This document shows positions 38,501 through 46,295 of a stretch of DNA of 64,000 nt, in pieces (position 1 is the first letter of the stretch; each line of letters starts with the position of its first letter). Location of the stretch: positions 4,960,001 through 5,024,000 of the forward strand of contig OZ244561.1 in the NCBI GenBank assembly GCA_965217585.1, given 5' to 3'. Under the pieces are notes generated by a model. That model saw only the letters and a list, made by a program, of their open reading frames with translations, was not told where the DNA came from and made no database searches. Position numbers and translations under genes: made by a program. The DNA is from Candidatus Latescibacterota bacterium (GTDB lineage: Bacteria; Latescibacterota; UBA2968; UBA8231).

Positions 38501-38596
38501 AGGCGGAACGCCGCCTACTTCGTCCGGGCCGTGGCGGAGCAGAGCCGCTTCGATGGCGTCTTCAAAGGCGCGTTCGGATATCTTCTTGGAATTCAT
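35537..38596 (-). CDS. hsdR: Type I restriction enzyme R subunit
   Basis: D..LFLNGIP..T.ELK nuclease motif, QHSAGSGKS, DEAHSSQ, FTATPK, FQTGFDQP, QTLSRLNR. Confidence 0.95.
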   Translation of the reverse strand: MNSKKISERAFEDAIEAALLRHGPDEVGGVPPVASEGRVPYGDEGMQPGGYLKRRPQDYDRALCLLPNDVLDFVLATQPKEWQKLSQHYGTQVKERFLKRVSSEIERRGALNVLRTGVKDMGCTFRLAYFRPASGLNEETRRLYMANFFAVVRQVRYSTKNEKSLDLMLFLNGIPIFTAELKNPLSGQTVEDAIRQYKTDRDPREPLLAYDRCLAHFAVDPNLVYVATHLAGPKTRFLPYNRGKFGGAGNPPIPPTQTGYATAYLWEETWARDSVLDLVRQFIHEVEEEDETGRKTGKRFLIFPRYQQLDCVRQLVADAREKGTGQHYLIQHSAGSGKSFTIAWLAHQLSTLHDANDRRVFDSIVVITDRRVLDRQLQSTIRQFEQTLGVVENIDTTSRQLKDALEAGKTIIVTTLQKFPVIAAEIGALPGKRFALIVDEAHSSQSGESTKSLKAVLAPASLEEAESEESNAETPEEARENAILAEMEKRGRLPNLSTFAFTATPKPKTLELFGTKRPDSSFAPFHLYSMRQAIEEGFILDVLGNYTTYTAYWRLWKIVEDDPRYDKHKAAFLLKSFVELHPHAIGEKVRIIVEHFAEQVQNQINGRAKAMIVTRSRLHAVRYKLAVDEYLAERGYPFKALVAFSGTVDDDGRSYTEVGMNGISETQTAKTFEGPDYRFLIVANKFQTGFDQPLLHTMYVDKKLGGVNAVQTLSRLNRTHAEKQGTMVLDFANESDEIKTAFEPYYETTLLSEATDPNLLYEIQTSLGTFPVYAQTDVDSFAKVYFDGTVTQDQLYAVLNPVVARFQELHEDERQNFRSKLTDYVRLYAFLAQILTFADVDLEKLYVFARYLRRLLPADQEELPHEVQQNIDMESYRVQETGSGKIGLERKAGTLDPIGTKDAHGHVPEEIETLSRIIAELNERFGIELGPEHRVTLSQMMERLAGDAALDAAARVNTRENVRLTFDHKVEQVIQEIVDSNFDLYKRITDDRAFGAELKNHLFDQYLRSYRNAEELIKL

Positions 38597-39780
38597 AGAT
38601 TATCTCGTGCCGTCGTTTTGACTTGTTCTGCGCTGTACGGTGCCTCTAGTACTTCAAGCATGGCTCGTGCGCAATACACTCGGTTGCGTCTCGCCTCTCC
38701 AATCAGCGTGACGATGCCTGCCGATTCTAGCCGGTCGAGGGCGCGCCGAGCCGTGGTATAGGCGACCGCTAGCCTTGCCGCAATTTCGCGCACGGTCCAA
38801 AAGGGGTTTTCGACAAACAACTCCAACACCTTCTTTGATTGCCCCGATTGAATACCGGCGAGTTGCTCCGACCACTGCTGAAACAATTCGTCGATGCGTT
38901 GGATGCGGCCAATAGCGTCCTCGGCTTGGAGCGCCACGCCGCGCAGGAAGTATATCAGCCACTCTTCCCACTGCCCGTTTTGAGTTACCGCAAGCAGGCG
39001 TGCGTAGTATTCTTGGCGCGTGGCTTCTAAGTAAGCGCTCAAGTATAGAAGCGGTGCTGGCAGAACGCCACGGGCGACGAATAGCAGCGTGATGAGCAGG
39101 CGGCCAATGCGTCCATTTCCGTCTATGAACGGATGGATGGCCTCGAACTGCGAGTGGGCGAGCGCGGCGTGTATCAGAGGGGGCAGGGTGTCGTCGTGGA
39201 GGAAGTTTTCCCACTCGCCTAGACACGCCATCAGTTCTTCGGGTGGTGGGGGAATGTAGGTGGCGTTGTTCAGGACACATCCGGGCGGACCGATCCAGTT
39301 CTGGCTGCGGCGAAACTCGCCGGGCGTGGCCGTGTCGTCCCGCACGCCCCGCATCAGCTTTTCGTGCAGTTCGCGTATGAGGCGCAGCGACAGCGGCAGC
39401 GTGTTTAGGCGCTGTATCCCGAATTCTAGCGCGACGACGTAGTTGGCGACCTCGTGCAGATCAGCAGAACTCTGCTCGACCCTTGCCCCGGCTTGGGCGG
39501 CAAGCAATTCGCCTAGGGTTGTCTGCGTGCCTTCAATGCGGCTGGAGAGTACGGCTTCACGGCGCAGGAACGGCCTGATGAAGAGATGGGGGTTGGGCAG
39601 TCGCCGACCTTCGCCTGCGAGTCGGCCGATTGCTTGGTCGGCGCGGGAGAGTGCGGCGACGAGTTCTCCGTCCCAAGCAATCGGTGGCGGTAGGGGTGCC
39701 GGGACGTAGGCGCGGTAGCCGCTCGGACATTGGACCGTGCGACCGTGGGGGTGGCGTGTCCCATCAATACCAAGATTCAC
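38593..39780 (-). CDS. Fic family protein (class II-like) with C-terminal HTH
   Basis: SSRIEG inhibitory motif, HPFIDGNGRIGR, TVREIA..L.V.Y.TARR.L..LE..GIV; start uncertain. Confidence 0.92.
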   Translation of the reverse strand: MNLGIDGTRHPHGRTVQCPSGYRAYVPAPLPPPIAWDGELVAALSRADQAIGRLAGEGRRLPNPHLFIRPFLRREAVLSSRIEGTQTTLGELLAAQAGARVEQSSADLHEVANYVVALEFGIQRLNTLPLSLRLIRELHEKLMRGVRDDTATPGEFRRSQNWIGPPGCVLNNATYIPPPPEELMACLGEWENFLHDDTLPPLIHAALAHSQFEAIHPFIDGNGRIGRLLITLLFVARGVLPAPLLYLSAYLEATRQEYYARLLAVTQNGQWEEWLIYFLRGVALQAEDAIGRIQRIDELFQQWSEQLAGIQSGQSKKVLELFVENPFWTVREIAARLAVAYTTARRALDRLESAGIVTLIGEARRNRVYCARAMLEVLEAPYSAEQVKTTARDNL

Positions 39781-39806
39781 AATTTGCTCTTGTTTTCGGG
39801 TGTGAA

Positions 39807-39825
39807 AATAAGAATGGCTCTTATT
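39807..39825. promoter_or_regulatory. Inverted repeat in AT-rich region upstream of fic
   Basis: AATAAGA-ATGGC-TCTTATT. Confidence 0.5.
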
Positions 39826-39930
39826 AGCGTTAATGCTGGAATACGATAATAGCATAACGGAAATGGGCGGATAGGGAAAGAACCGTCCCCCGTGCCTAGC
39901 GCAGAGGTGCTGGTTGCACTCTGACTCGGT

Positions 39931-41316
39931 TCACTCGGTAGCCTCCCGCACGTCGATCTTGCCCGTCACTGCTGCCGAGATGAGGGCGGTGCGGAGTTCG
40001 TTGAGGCGGTCGAGGGCTTCGCGGACTTTGGCGACTAGGACGTCGATTTGGGCCGTCTCGTGGTCGAGGAAGGCGGCGATGGCGCGTTGTTCGGACTCGT
40101 TGGGCACGGGTATTGGGCTCCCTATGGAACCGATTCGTTCAATATTGAGATTACCCTGAGTATTGACTGGTGCTTCGCGAAGCAATTCAGGCTTCATAGC
40201 CAAGAATAAGTAAAAAAGAAAGTCGCGTTCGATGCCACTTCGAGGGACGAATCCCACAACGCTGTCGGGAAAACATGCTGCGAAATCGAGAACTGCAACG
40301 TCGCCAATATTTGCTGCGATCGTCATCACGAGCGTCCCCGAAGGAAACATCTTGCTGACGCTTAATCCGCGTTCATTCAAGGTCTGCCGATAACCTGTGA
40401 TCTCTTTCTGGGCACGTGTCACGTCACCTGTCTGAACGAAAGGGTAAGGTCCATCGTATAGGGCTGGGTCATTCCGTGGCCGGTGAGTAAACTTACCTCT
40501 GAGAATTTCAGAAATCTGATTTACGCGCTTCACCTCCCAATGCGCCGGAATCTCTCCCAGCCACTCGACGCCGGAGTCCTTCAGGGGCACGTCGGGGGGG
40601 TCAAGGCCCTTGGTTACGGCGTCGCTGATCAGGGCGGTGCGCTTTTCTTGGAGCAGCTCGATCAGCCGCTCCTTCTTGGCGACGAGGGCGTCGATTTTGG
40701 CCGTCTCGCGGTCGAGGAAGGCGGCGATGGCGCGTTGTTCGGAGAGGGGTGGTGTAGGAATTGGTAAGGCACCGAATTTTTCAGAAGTGAAGTGCGCTAT
40801 TGTTGCCCGATTACAGAGAATCTCGAACCATCCTTGCGATGCAGCATGCTTCAATAGATATATTAGCAAACGAATGCTGCTGGTCCCTGTAGATCGAACC
40901 CGATGGAGTGCATTCTGGATTATAGCTCTATCTGGAGGATTACGTACGATCCCCGCTCGTCCGACTTCACCTCCTTCGCAGACAAGCAGATCGCCATCGA
41001 GTACGCCATACTGCACTTCGTCCGCAGGGTCTGCCCACATTATGGGCATCCCAGTAGTTCGAACGGTCTCCCACTGGACATGTTGGGCCTTGAAATACGG
41101 GATTTCGGAATCCTGCGGACCTCTGGCTGTGGGTTGGAGCATCTTCCCCAACTGGATCGTGAACTCTCTACGCGATGCCTTTACCTCCCAATGCGCCGGA
41201 ATCTCCCATAGCCACTCGATGCCGGAGTCCTTGTAGGCCGGATAGGGTCTGTATCGCTCCGCACCCATAATGGATGTGACGCCGCTCGCCCCAATGTCGG
41301 CGGACCGGTTCCTCAT
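39931..41316 (-). CDS. hsdS: Type I R-M specificity subunit
   Basis: Two TRDs bounded by KDSG(I/V)EWL.EIPAHWEVK and SEQRAIAAFLD.ETA.ID.LVAK; ends LISAAVTGKIDV; start may be 41268. Confidence 0.94.
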   Translation of the reverse strand: MRNRSADIGASGVTSIMGAERYRPYPAYKDSGIEWLWEIPAHWEVKASRREFTIQLGKMLQPTARGPQDSEIPYFKAQHVQWETVRTTGMPIMWADPADEVQYGVLDGDLLVCEGGEVGRAGIVRNPPDRAIIQNALHRVRSTGTSSIRLLIYLLKHAASQGWFEILCNRATIAHFTSEKFGALPIPTPPLSEQRAIAAFLDRETAKIDALVAKKERLIELLQEKRTALISDAVTKGLDPPDVPLKDSGVEWLGEIPAHWEVKRVNQISEILRGKFTHRPRNDPALYDGPYPFVQTGDVTRAQKEITGYRQTLNERGLSVSKMFPSGTLVMTIAANIGDVAVLDFAACFPDSVVGFVPRSGIERDFLFYLFLAMKPELLREAPVNTQGNLNIERIGSIGSPIPVPNESEQRAIAAFLDHETAQIDVLVAKVREALDRLNELRTALISAAVTGKIDVREATE

Positions 41317-41360
41317 CTATTTCTCCTCCCTTGAACTTGTGTAGCTCTCATCATCCAGTT

Positions 41361-42284
41361 TCACCCATGCTGCCAAGGCCCACCCTCCGACCAGCTTCCG
41401 GAGAACTCGGATTCGTGCGCCATCGCATCCCATGGCTCTCTGAGAAACGACAAGAGACGCTCGCCCACGGCTGCGAAATCCGATGATGTCCCCGGCAGCT
41501 CGTTCCGTTCCAGATAGATACGCCACTGCCCGGCACGGACGGCATCGTCATAGAACTGAGGCGTCAAAGCGACTGGCAGATTCCGGGGGATTGTGGTACT
41601 GCGTCTTTTGAAAGTTGCGCCGATGGTACGCATGAGGGGCTCGCCATCGAAACCGGTGTGCTGTGCAAGCGAGTGAAGATCGTAAAAGTCCTTGTAGCGG
41701 CTGTTCTGTTCACCGAGTACAACCATCGCGTGGAGCTTCTCGGCCACGACAGCTTCGCGCGGATAAACGCGGATTTGCGGACGAGGAGCATCGAGCAGGG
41801 TTGGGTAATGGGCGTCGAGCGGCGGCGGTTGGATGGCATTCCCAAAGCCGATATCGATCCGCATCCGTATTCGCGCACTGGAAATCTTGGCCCAGAAGAG
41901 CGCACGAAAGCCGACGTCCTCTTCGTGTGCTCGGATGGGTTTGACCTTAATGTCTCCACTATCAAACAAGACTCCATCGTCATCGACTTTAGTCTCGCAA
42001 ATGTCGCCGATGGCGGAGCGTACGTCGTCCGCTAGGGGACTTCCGTAGCCGGCAAAGTCAAGATCGTGCGTCGGGCGGTAAACTGCTTCGCCCCAAAGAA
42101 CGAGTAGTGTCGCGCCCTTCACTACATAATGCTCTCGATGCTGCGATTCTCCAAGGCGGTAGAGGAATCGCTCTCTTGCGTATCGCTCCAACAAAAACTG
42201 GAAGTCCTCGCTGGTCTCACGACTCCGATTCATCAACCTTGCGCGAACCGATGCGCCTACGTTTCGACGTTTCCCGTGCGTCAT
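41361..42284 (-). CDS. AbiEii-family nucleotidyltransferase toxin (type IV TA)
   Basis: SVRARL.N, ERFLYRL, KGA.LL, RPT.DLDF, AEKLHA, NSRYKDFYD. Confidence 0.92.
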   Translation of the reverse strand: MTHGKRRNVGASVRARLMNRSRETSEDFQFLLERYARERFLYRLGESQHREHYVVKGATLLVLWGEAVYRPTHDLDFAGYGSPLADDVRSAIGDICETKVDDDGVLFDSGDIKVKPIRAHEEDVGFRALFWAKISSARIRMRIDIGFGNAIQPPPLDAHYPTLLDAPRPQIRVYPREAVVAEKLHAMVVLGEQNSRYKDFYDLHSLAQHTGFDGEPLMRTIGATFKRRSTTIPRNLPVALTPQFYDDAVRAGQWRIYLERNELPGTSSDFAAVGERLLSFLREPWDAMAHESEFSGSWSEGGPWQHG

Positions 42285-42886
42285 AGCGGCAGTGCCTCCA
42301 AGTAGGCCCGCATAACCGTCCGCATACGGCAGGCTTCGGCGGCGCGCATGATCGCATCCACCGTCGTAATCCGCGATTGCAAGCCGTCGTGCAGCGCCTC
42401 AAGCGCGATGTCGAGACCGAACTTATTGCGATAGCGAAAACAATCCACCACGGTTCGGGCCGGCGAAGTGATGCGAAACGGCACCCCCAGCGCCGAATGG
42501 CAGACCACGCCATAGGTGAGCATCGCGCCTGAGAAACGAACGATGCGCACGCGGGAAGGAGGGTGCGCAGGCTTGCGAGCCTTGCGGTCGAGGGCGATCC
42601 AAATCTCGTGCGGCGACTGCGTGCCGATGTCATGGAAGCGAAGCGCCGTCAGCAGGCACATGACGGCGTTCGGGATGGCCGCGGCTACCATCGCGATCGT
42701 CTCGACCTCCGTGGGTTCGACCTCGGAGAGCCGATAGAGGCCGTTTCCGAAGTTCTCGACGAGTCCCCCGGCGACCAAACCCTGAAGCCTGCGGTGGGAG
42801 ATCCCAAGTGGCTCAAGGTCTCGCGGTCGGAAAAAGGTGCCGAGGCCCGCTGCTTGCAGTTGAGCTGTATCCAGTGTGTTAGCCAT
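42281..42886 (-). CDS. AbiEi-family antitoxin/transcriptional regulator
   Basis: N-terminal wHTH with GLYRL, CLLTAL.FH, TSPARTVVDCFRYRNK.G.D.ALEAL. Confidence 0.92.
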   Translation of the reverse strand: MANTLDTAQLQAAGLGTFFRPRDLEPLGISHRRLQGLVAGGLVENFGNGLYRLSEVEPTEVETIAMVAAAIPNAVMCLLTALRFHDIGTQSPHEIWIALDRKARKPAHPPSRVRIVRFSGAMLTYGVVCHSALGVPFRITSPARTVVDCFRYRNKFGLDIALEALHDGLQSRITTVDAIMRAAEACRMRTVMRAYLEALPL

Positions 42887-42890
42887 TTAC

Positions 42891-42944
42891 AGATGATACA
42901 AAATGTCGGCACTTAATCGCAAGTGCCGACATTTAATGTCATCT
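42891..42944 (-). promoter_or_regulatory. abiE promoter with inverted-repeat operator
   Basis: Perfect 14-bp IR AAATGTCGGCACTT-6-AAGTGCCGACATTT (42901-42934), extendable; TTGCGA-18-TATCAT-6 nt-ATG. Confidence 0.8.
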
Positions 42945-45092
42945 CGCAGGTTCTGCCGACATGCCTTTCAGCATCTCCAGAATGTCCGTCTCGATAGCTT
43001 GGATATCGGATTCGATCTCTGCGAGCGGGCGCGGCGGCTTGTATTGGTAGAAGTAGCGATTGAAGTTGATCTCGTAGCCGACTAGGCCGACCTTCCCGTC
43101 CCTGTGATCGCGCTTCGATATGTCGATCCAAGCATCGGGAACATGAGGCTTGACCTCCCGTTCAAAGAAGGCGCGGACGCTGGCCGGCACCCCATCGCCG
43201 TCCACGGGATCCTCTCCTTCGGCAAGCGGCACGCGCTCAGTGTCGCGCAGGTCCGGGTCGGGTTCGTCTGTGCCGTCCTTGCCGCGACAGATCTCGGCCG
43301 TCTCATCGCGCTCAGCCAGAGCGTCGAGAATTGCTTTCTTCGCCGGTGCCGGCAGTTTGAGTTCAGCCTTCCGGGTCGCTTTCGCAAGCTCCTTGAGGAA
43401 CGCTTCCCGATCCTTGTAAAGGGTGTCGGGCATCGTCTTGAGCATGGTCCGAATAGCTTGCTGCAGAGCTCGACCCTCGGCCTCTTCCTTGGCACCAGCC
43501 TCTCCCCGCTTCTTCGATTTGGCCAGATTCTGAAAGCCCTTTTGTTCGCTGAGGTGCTCGATCCGTTCCGCGCTCGCTTGGAAATTGAGCCGCAGCGGCC
43601 GTTCAACGGTGATCTTGCGATACCCAAACTGCGTCGTCGAGAAGACGCGGCTGACGATGCGCTCCTCCTCGCCGTCATCTGAGAGCGTGCGCGTCTCGCC
43701 GTCTTGGCAATTGGCGAGGAGCTCCAGCACATCGGCTGCCTTTTCCGGCGGTATCGAGCGTCGCTTGTCGCCGAGACTCCGGCGCATCGGTACCCAAAAC
43801 GCAGAGGCGTCGATGAGCTGCACCTTGCCCTTGCGCGCCGGTTCCTTGCGGTTGGTCAGCAGCCACACATAGGTGGCGATGCCGGTGTTGTAAAAGAGTT
43901 GCTCGGGCAACGCGATCAGCGCCTCCAGCAAGTCTTTCTCCAAGATGTAGCGGCGAATTTCGCTCTCGCCGCTGCCCGCATCGCCGGTAAACAGCGGTGA
44001 GCCGTTCATAATAATCGCAATGCGGGCGCCGCCTTGGTCAGGCGCTTTCGCATGGGCGAGCATGTGCAGCAGGAACAGGGTCTGGCCGTCGCTGATGCGC
44101 GGCAATCCAGGGCCGAAGCGACCGGCTGCACCCCGTTCATGTTCTGCTTCGACCGCGGCCTTGTCGCGCTTCCAGTCCTTGCCGTAGGGGGGATTGGCGA
44201 TTAGGTAATCGAAGGATTGGCTGGCATGGCGGTCGTTTGATAGCGTGCTTCCGAAAGCGACGTTGGCCGCGTCGCGCCCCAAGGGGTCTTTTATGAAGAT
44301 GTCGGATTTTGAGACCGCCCAGGTCTCCGGGTTCACTTCCTGGCCGAAAAGGTGAATCTCCGCTTGTGGGTTGATCGCGGGCCGGGGCGGATCGCCGTTT
44401 ACGTGTGTCCCACCCGCAATGTGCTCCTTGGCGATCATCAGCATACCACCGGAGCCGCAGCAAGGGTCGTACACACTGCGCACGACGCCGGGGTCTGCGA
44501 TGCGCTCTTCATCACCGGCGAGCATGAGATCCACCATCAGATGGACGACGTCGCGGGGTGTGAAGTGTTCGCCGGGGTTCTCGTCTAGGGCTTCGTTGAA
44601 CTTGCGGATTAACTCTTCAAAGATCGTCCCCATGGTCGGGTTATCGATCCGGGCCGGGTGTAGATCAACGATCCCGAACCGTTCTACAACTTGGAATAGT
44701 AGCCCCGCCTCGTCGAGCTTGCTGATCGTGTTGTCGAAATCGAATCGCTCCAGCACCTCGCGCATGTTGCTGCTGAAGCCGGCAATGTAGTTTCTGAGAT
44801 TTGCGGCAAGCTGCGGTGAATCCGCGAGCAGCTTGTCAAAGTCGTAGCGGGAGGTGTTGTAAAAGGCGAAACCCGAGACTCTGCGAAGCTGCGGGTCCAG
44901 ATCCTCTAATCCAAGCTGGTGTAGCTCTGCCTGCCGTTGCAGCACCTGCTCCTTGGTCGGAGCGAGCACGCAGTCGAGACGGCGCAGCACGGTTAGCGGC
45001 AGAATGACATCTTGGTACTTACCGCGCTTGAAGCTGTCGCGGATCAGATCCGCAATGCCCCACAAGAAACTGACGATCTCACTATGATTCAT
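42939..45092 (-). CDS. hsdM: Type I R-M methyltransferase subunit (N6-adenine)
   Basis: GEHFTPRDVV, YDPCCGSGG, NPPY, LFYNTGIATY, VGYEINFNRYFY. Confidence 0.96.
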   Translation of the reverse strand: MNHSEIVSFLWGIADLIRDSFKRGKYQDVILPLTVLRRLDCVLAPTKEQVLQRQAELHQLGLEDLDPQLRRVSGFAFYNTSRYDFDKLLADSPQLAANLRNYIAGFSSNMREVLERFDFDNTISKLDEAGLLFQVVERFGIVDLHPARIDNPTMGTIFEELIRKFNEALDENPGEHFTPRDVVHLMVDLMLAGDEERIADPGVVRSVYDPCCGSGGMLMIAKEHIAGGTHVNGDPPRPAINPQAEIHLFGQEVNPETWAVSKSDIFIKDPLGRDAANVAFGSTLSNDRHASQSFDYLIANPPYGKDWKRDKAAVEAEHERGAAGRFGPGLPRISDGQTLFLLHMLAHAKAPDQGGARIAIIMNGSPLFTGDAGSGESEIRRYILEKDLLEALIALPEQLFYNTGIATYVWLLTNRKEPARKGKVQLIDASAFWVPMRRSLGDKRRSIPPEKAADVLELLANCQDGETRTLSDDGEEERIVSRVFSTTQFGYRKITVERPLRLNFQASAERIEHLSEQKGFQNLAKSKKRGEAGAKEEAEGRALQQAIRTMLKTMPDTLYKDREAFLKELAKATRKAELKLPAPAKKAILDALAERDETAEICRGKDGTDEPDPDLRDTERVPLAEGEDPVDGDGVPASVRAFFEREVKPHVPDAWIDISKRDHRDGKVGLVGYEINFNRYFYQYKPPRPLAEIESDIQAIETDILEMLKGMSAEPAR

Positions 45093-45269
45093 TGGCTCCC
45101 CTAGGCGAAGATGCTCTTGCACTTCGCTTTACATGTTAAAATTATCGACATTCAGCGGCTAGTTGGTCGCCGCTGTTTCCCTTTTTAATGAACAGTTGAG
45201 AATCAATAAGACGCATCGCGTTTGTGCAACGCGATATGCTGCGGGGACTTCCCCTAGCTATCTGCACGC

Positions 45270-46283
45270 TCAAACGCCACCAGCGTCGGTGAGCAGGCCG
45301 ATGACAGCCGCGAGCCGATCCTTGTCTTTGACCTTTGAACGCAACGCAGTTGCCAGCGGAGTCTTGCCCTTGTCGTCTTTGGCGTTCACCTCGGCCCCTC
45401 GGTCGAGCAGCAAGGCGACGATTTGGTCAAATCCCGCTTTGGCGGCGCAGTGCAATGCCGTTTGGCCCTTGTGGTTCCTGACATTGACGTCAGCGCCGCA
45501 GTCGAGCAGCTCGCGCACGCGCTGGACATTGCCGCCGCGGTCGCCGCGCGACTGGAAGACAAGGGGCGGCCAGCCGCCCTCGGCGTGGTCCACATCTAAT
45601 GCGACGCCGTGAGCGGTTAGCAATGCGATGATCTCGGTATTGACGATGCCGGCACGAGGGACCTCGGCGTGGGTCGGATCGGCCCCGGCGTCGAGCAAAG
45701 CTCTGAGGATATCGGCGCGATCCCGCCACACGGCAAAGCGAATCAGCCCGCCACTGTATGGCCGCGGATCGGCACCCCGCGCCAACAGCATCGCGACGAT
45801 GGCGAGGTGCCCGGCGCTGACGGCGTAGTGCAAGACTGTCATGCTCCGGCAGGAATCGTGCTGCGCTTTCTCGGCCGTTGCAAGCTTTGGGTCTCGGTCG
45901 AGGTAGTCGGCGACCGCATCGCCATCGCCGAGAAAGGCGGCGGTGTAGATATCGGTTGTTGCACCGCGTGTTAGCAGCCGGTCGGCGACTGCGTAGTGGC
46001 GCTTGTAACGGGCGGCGCAGTAGGGAGAGATTTCGACCAGCAGCGGCGTGAAGTGACAGCCGCAGGCGTGGATGTCAGCGCCTTGATCGAGCAGGTAATC
46101 GACCGTGGCGAGCCGTCCCCGGTACGCAGCTTCCCACAGCATGGTGCGGCCGTGCGAACCGATGCGGCCGATCCACGCTGGTTTTTGCGCCAATACGGCC
46201 TGAACGGTTTGGAGGTCGCCGCGCCCGGCGGCAGCTACCGCGACCTTGAGAAAATCACTGGCTTTTCCCGGTAAAATCGACAT
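45270..46283 (-). CDS. Ankyrin repeat protein
   Basis: GRTMLWEAA, TVLHYAVSAGH, GQTALHCAAKAG, GAEVNAKDDKGKTPL. Confidence 0.92.
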   Translation of the reverse strand: MSILPGKASDFLKVAVAAAGRGDLQTVQAVLAQKPAWIGRIGSHGRTMLWEAAYRGRLATVDYLLDQGADIHACGCHFTPLLVEISPYCAARYKRHYAVADRLLTRGATTDIYTAAFLGDGDAVADYLDRDPKLATAEKAQHDSCRSMTVLHYAVSAGHLAIVAMLLARGADPRPYSGGLIRFAVWRDRADILRALLDAGADPTHAEVPRAGIVNTEIIALLTAHGVALDVDHAEGGWPPLVFQSRGDRGGNVQRVRELLDCGADVNVRNHKGQTALHCAAKAGFDQIVALLLDRGAEVNAKDDKGKTPLATALRSKVKDKDRLAAVIGLLTDAGGV

Positions 46284-46295
46284 AGTTGCCTGACC

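Noticed and set aside
41317-41526. Small ORF between abiEii and hsdS
   Set aside because: Mostly overlaps abiEii in another frame and has no recognisable motif.
45153-45240. Hairpins upstream of hsdM as a possible ncRNA or riboswitch
   Set aside because: Two simple stems (CAGCGGC/GCCGCTG and ATCGCGTT/AACGCGAT) with no recognisable family motif; terminator or operator roles are sufficient.
35380-45269. att sites or terminal repeats bounding the R-M island
   Set aside because: Only weak similarity (LMEDAA* near 35452 versus the ankyrin C-terminus); no convincing repeat, integrase or tRNA seen.
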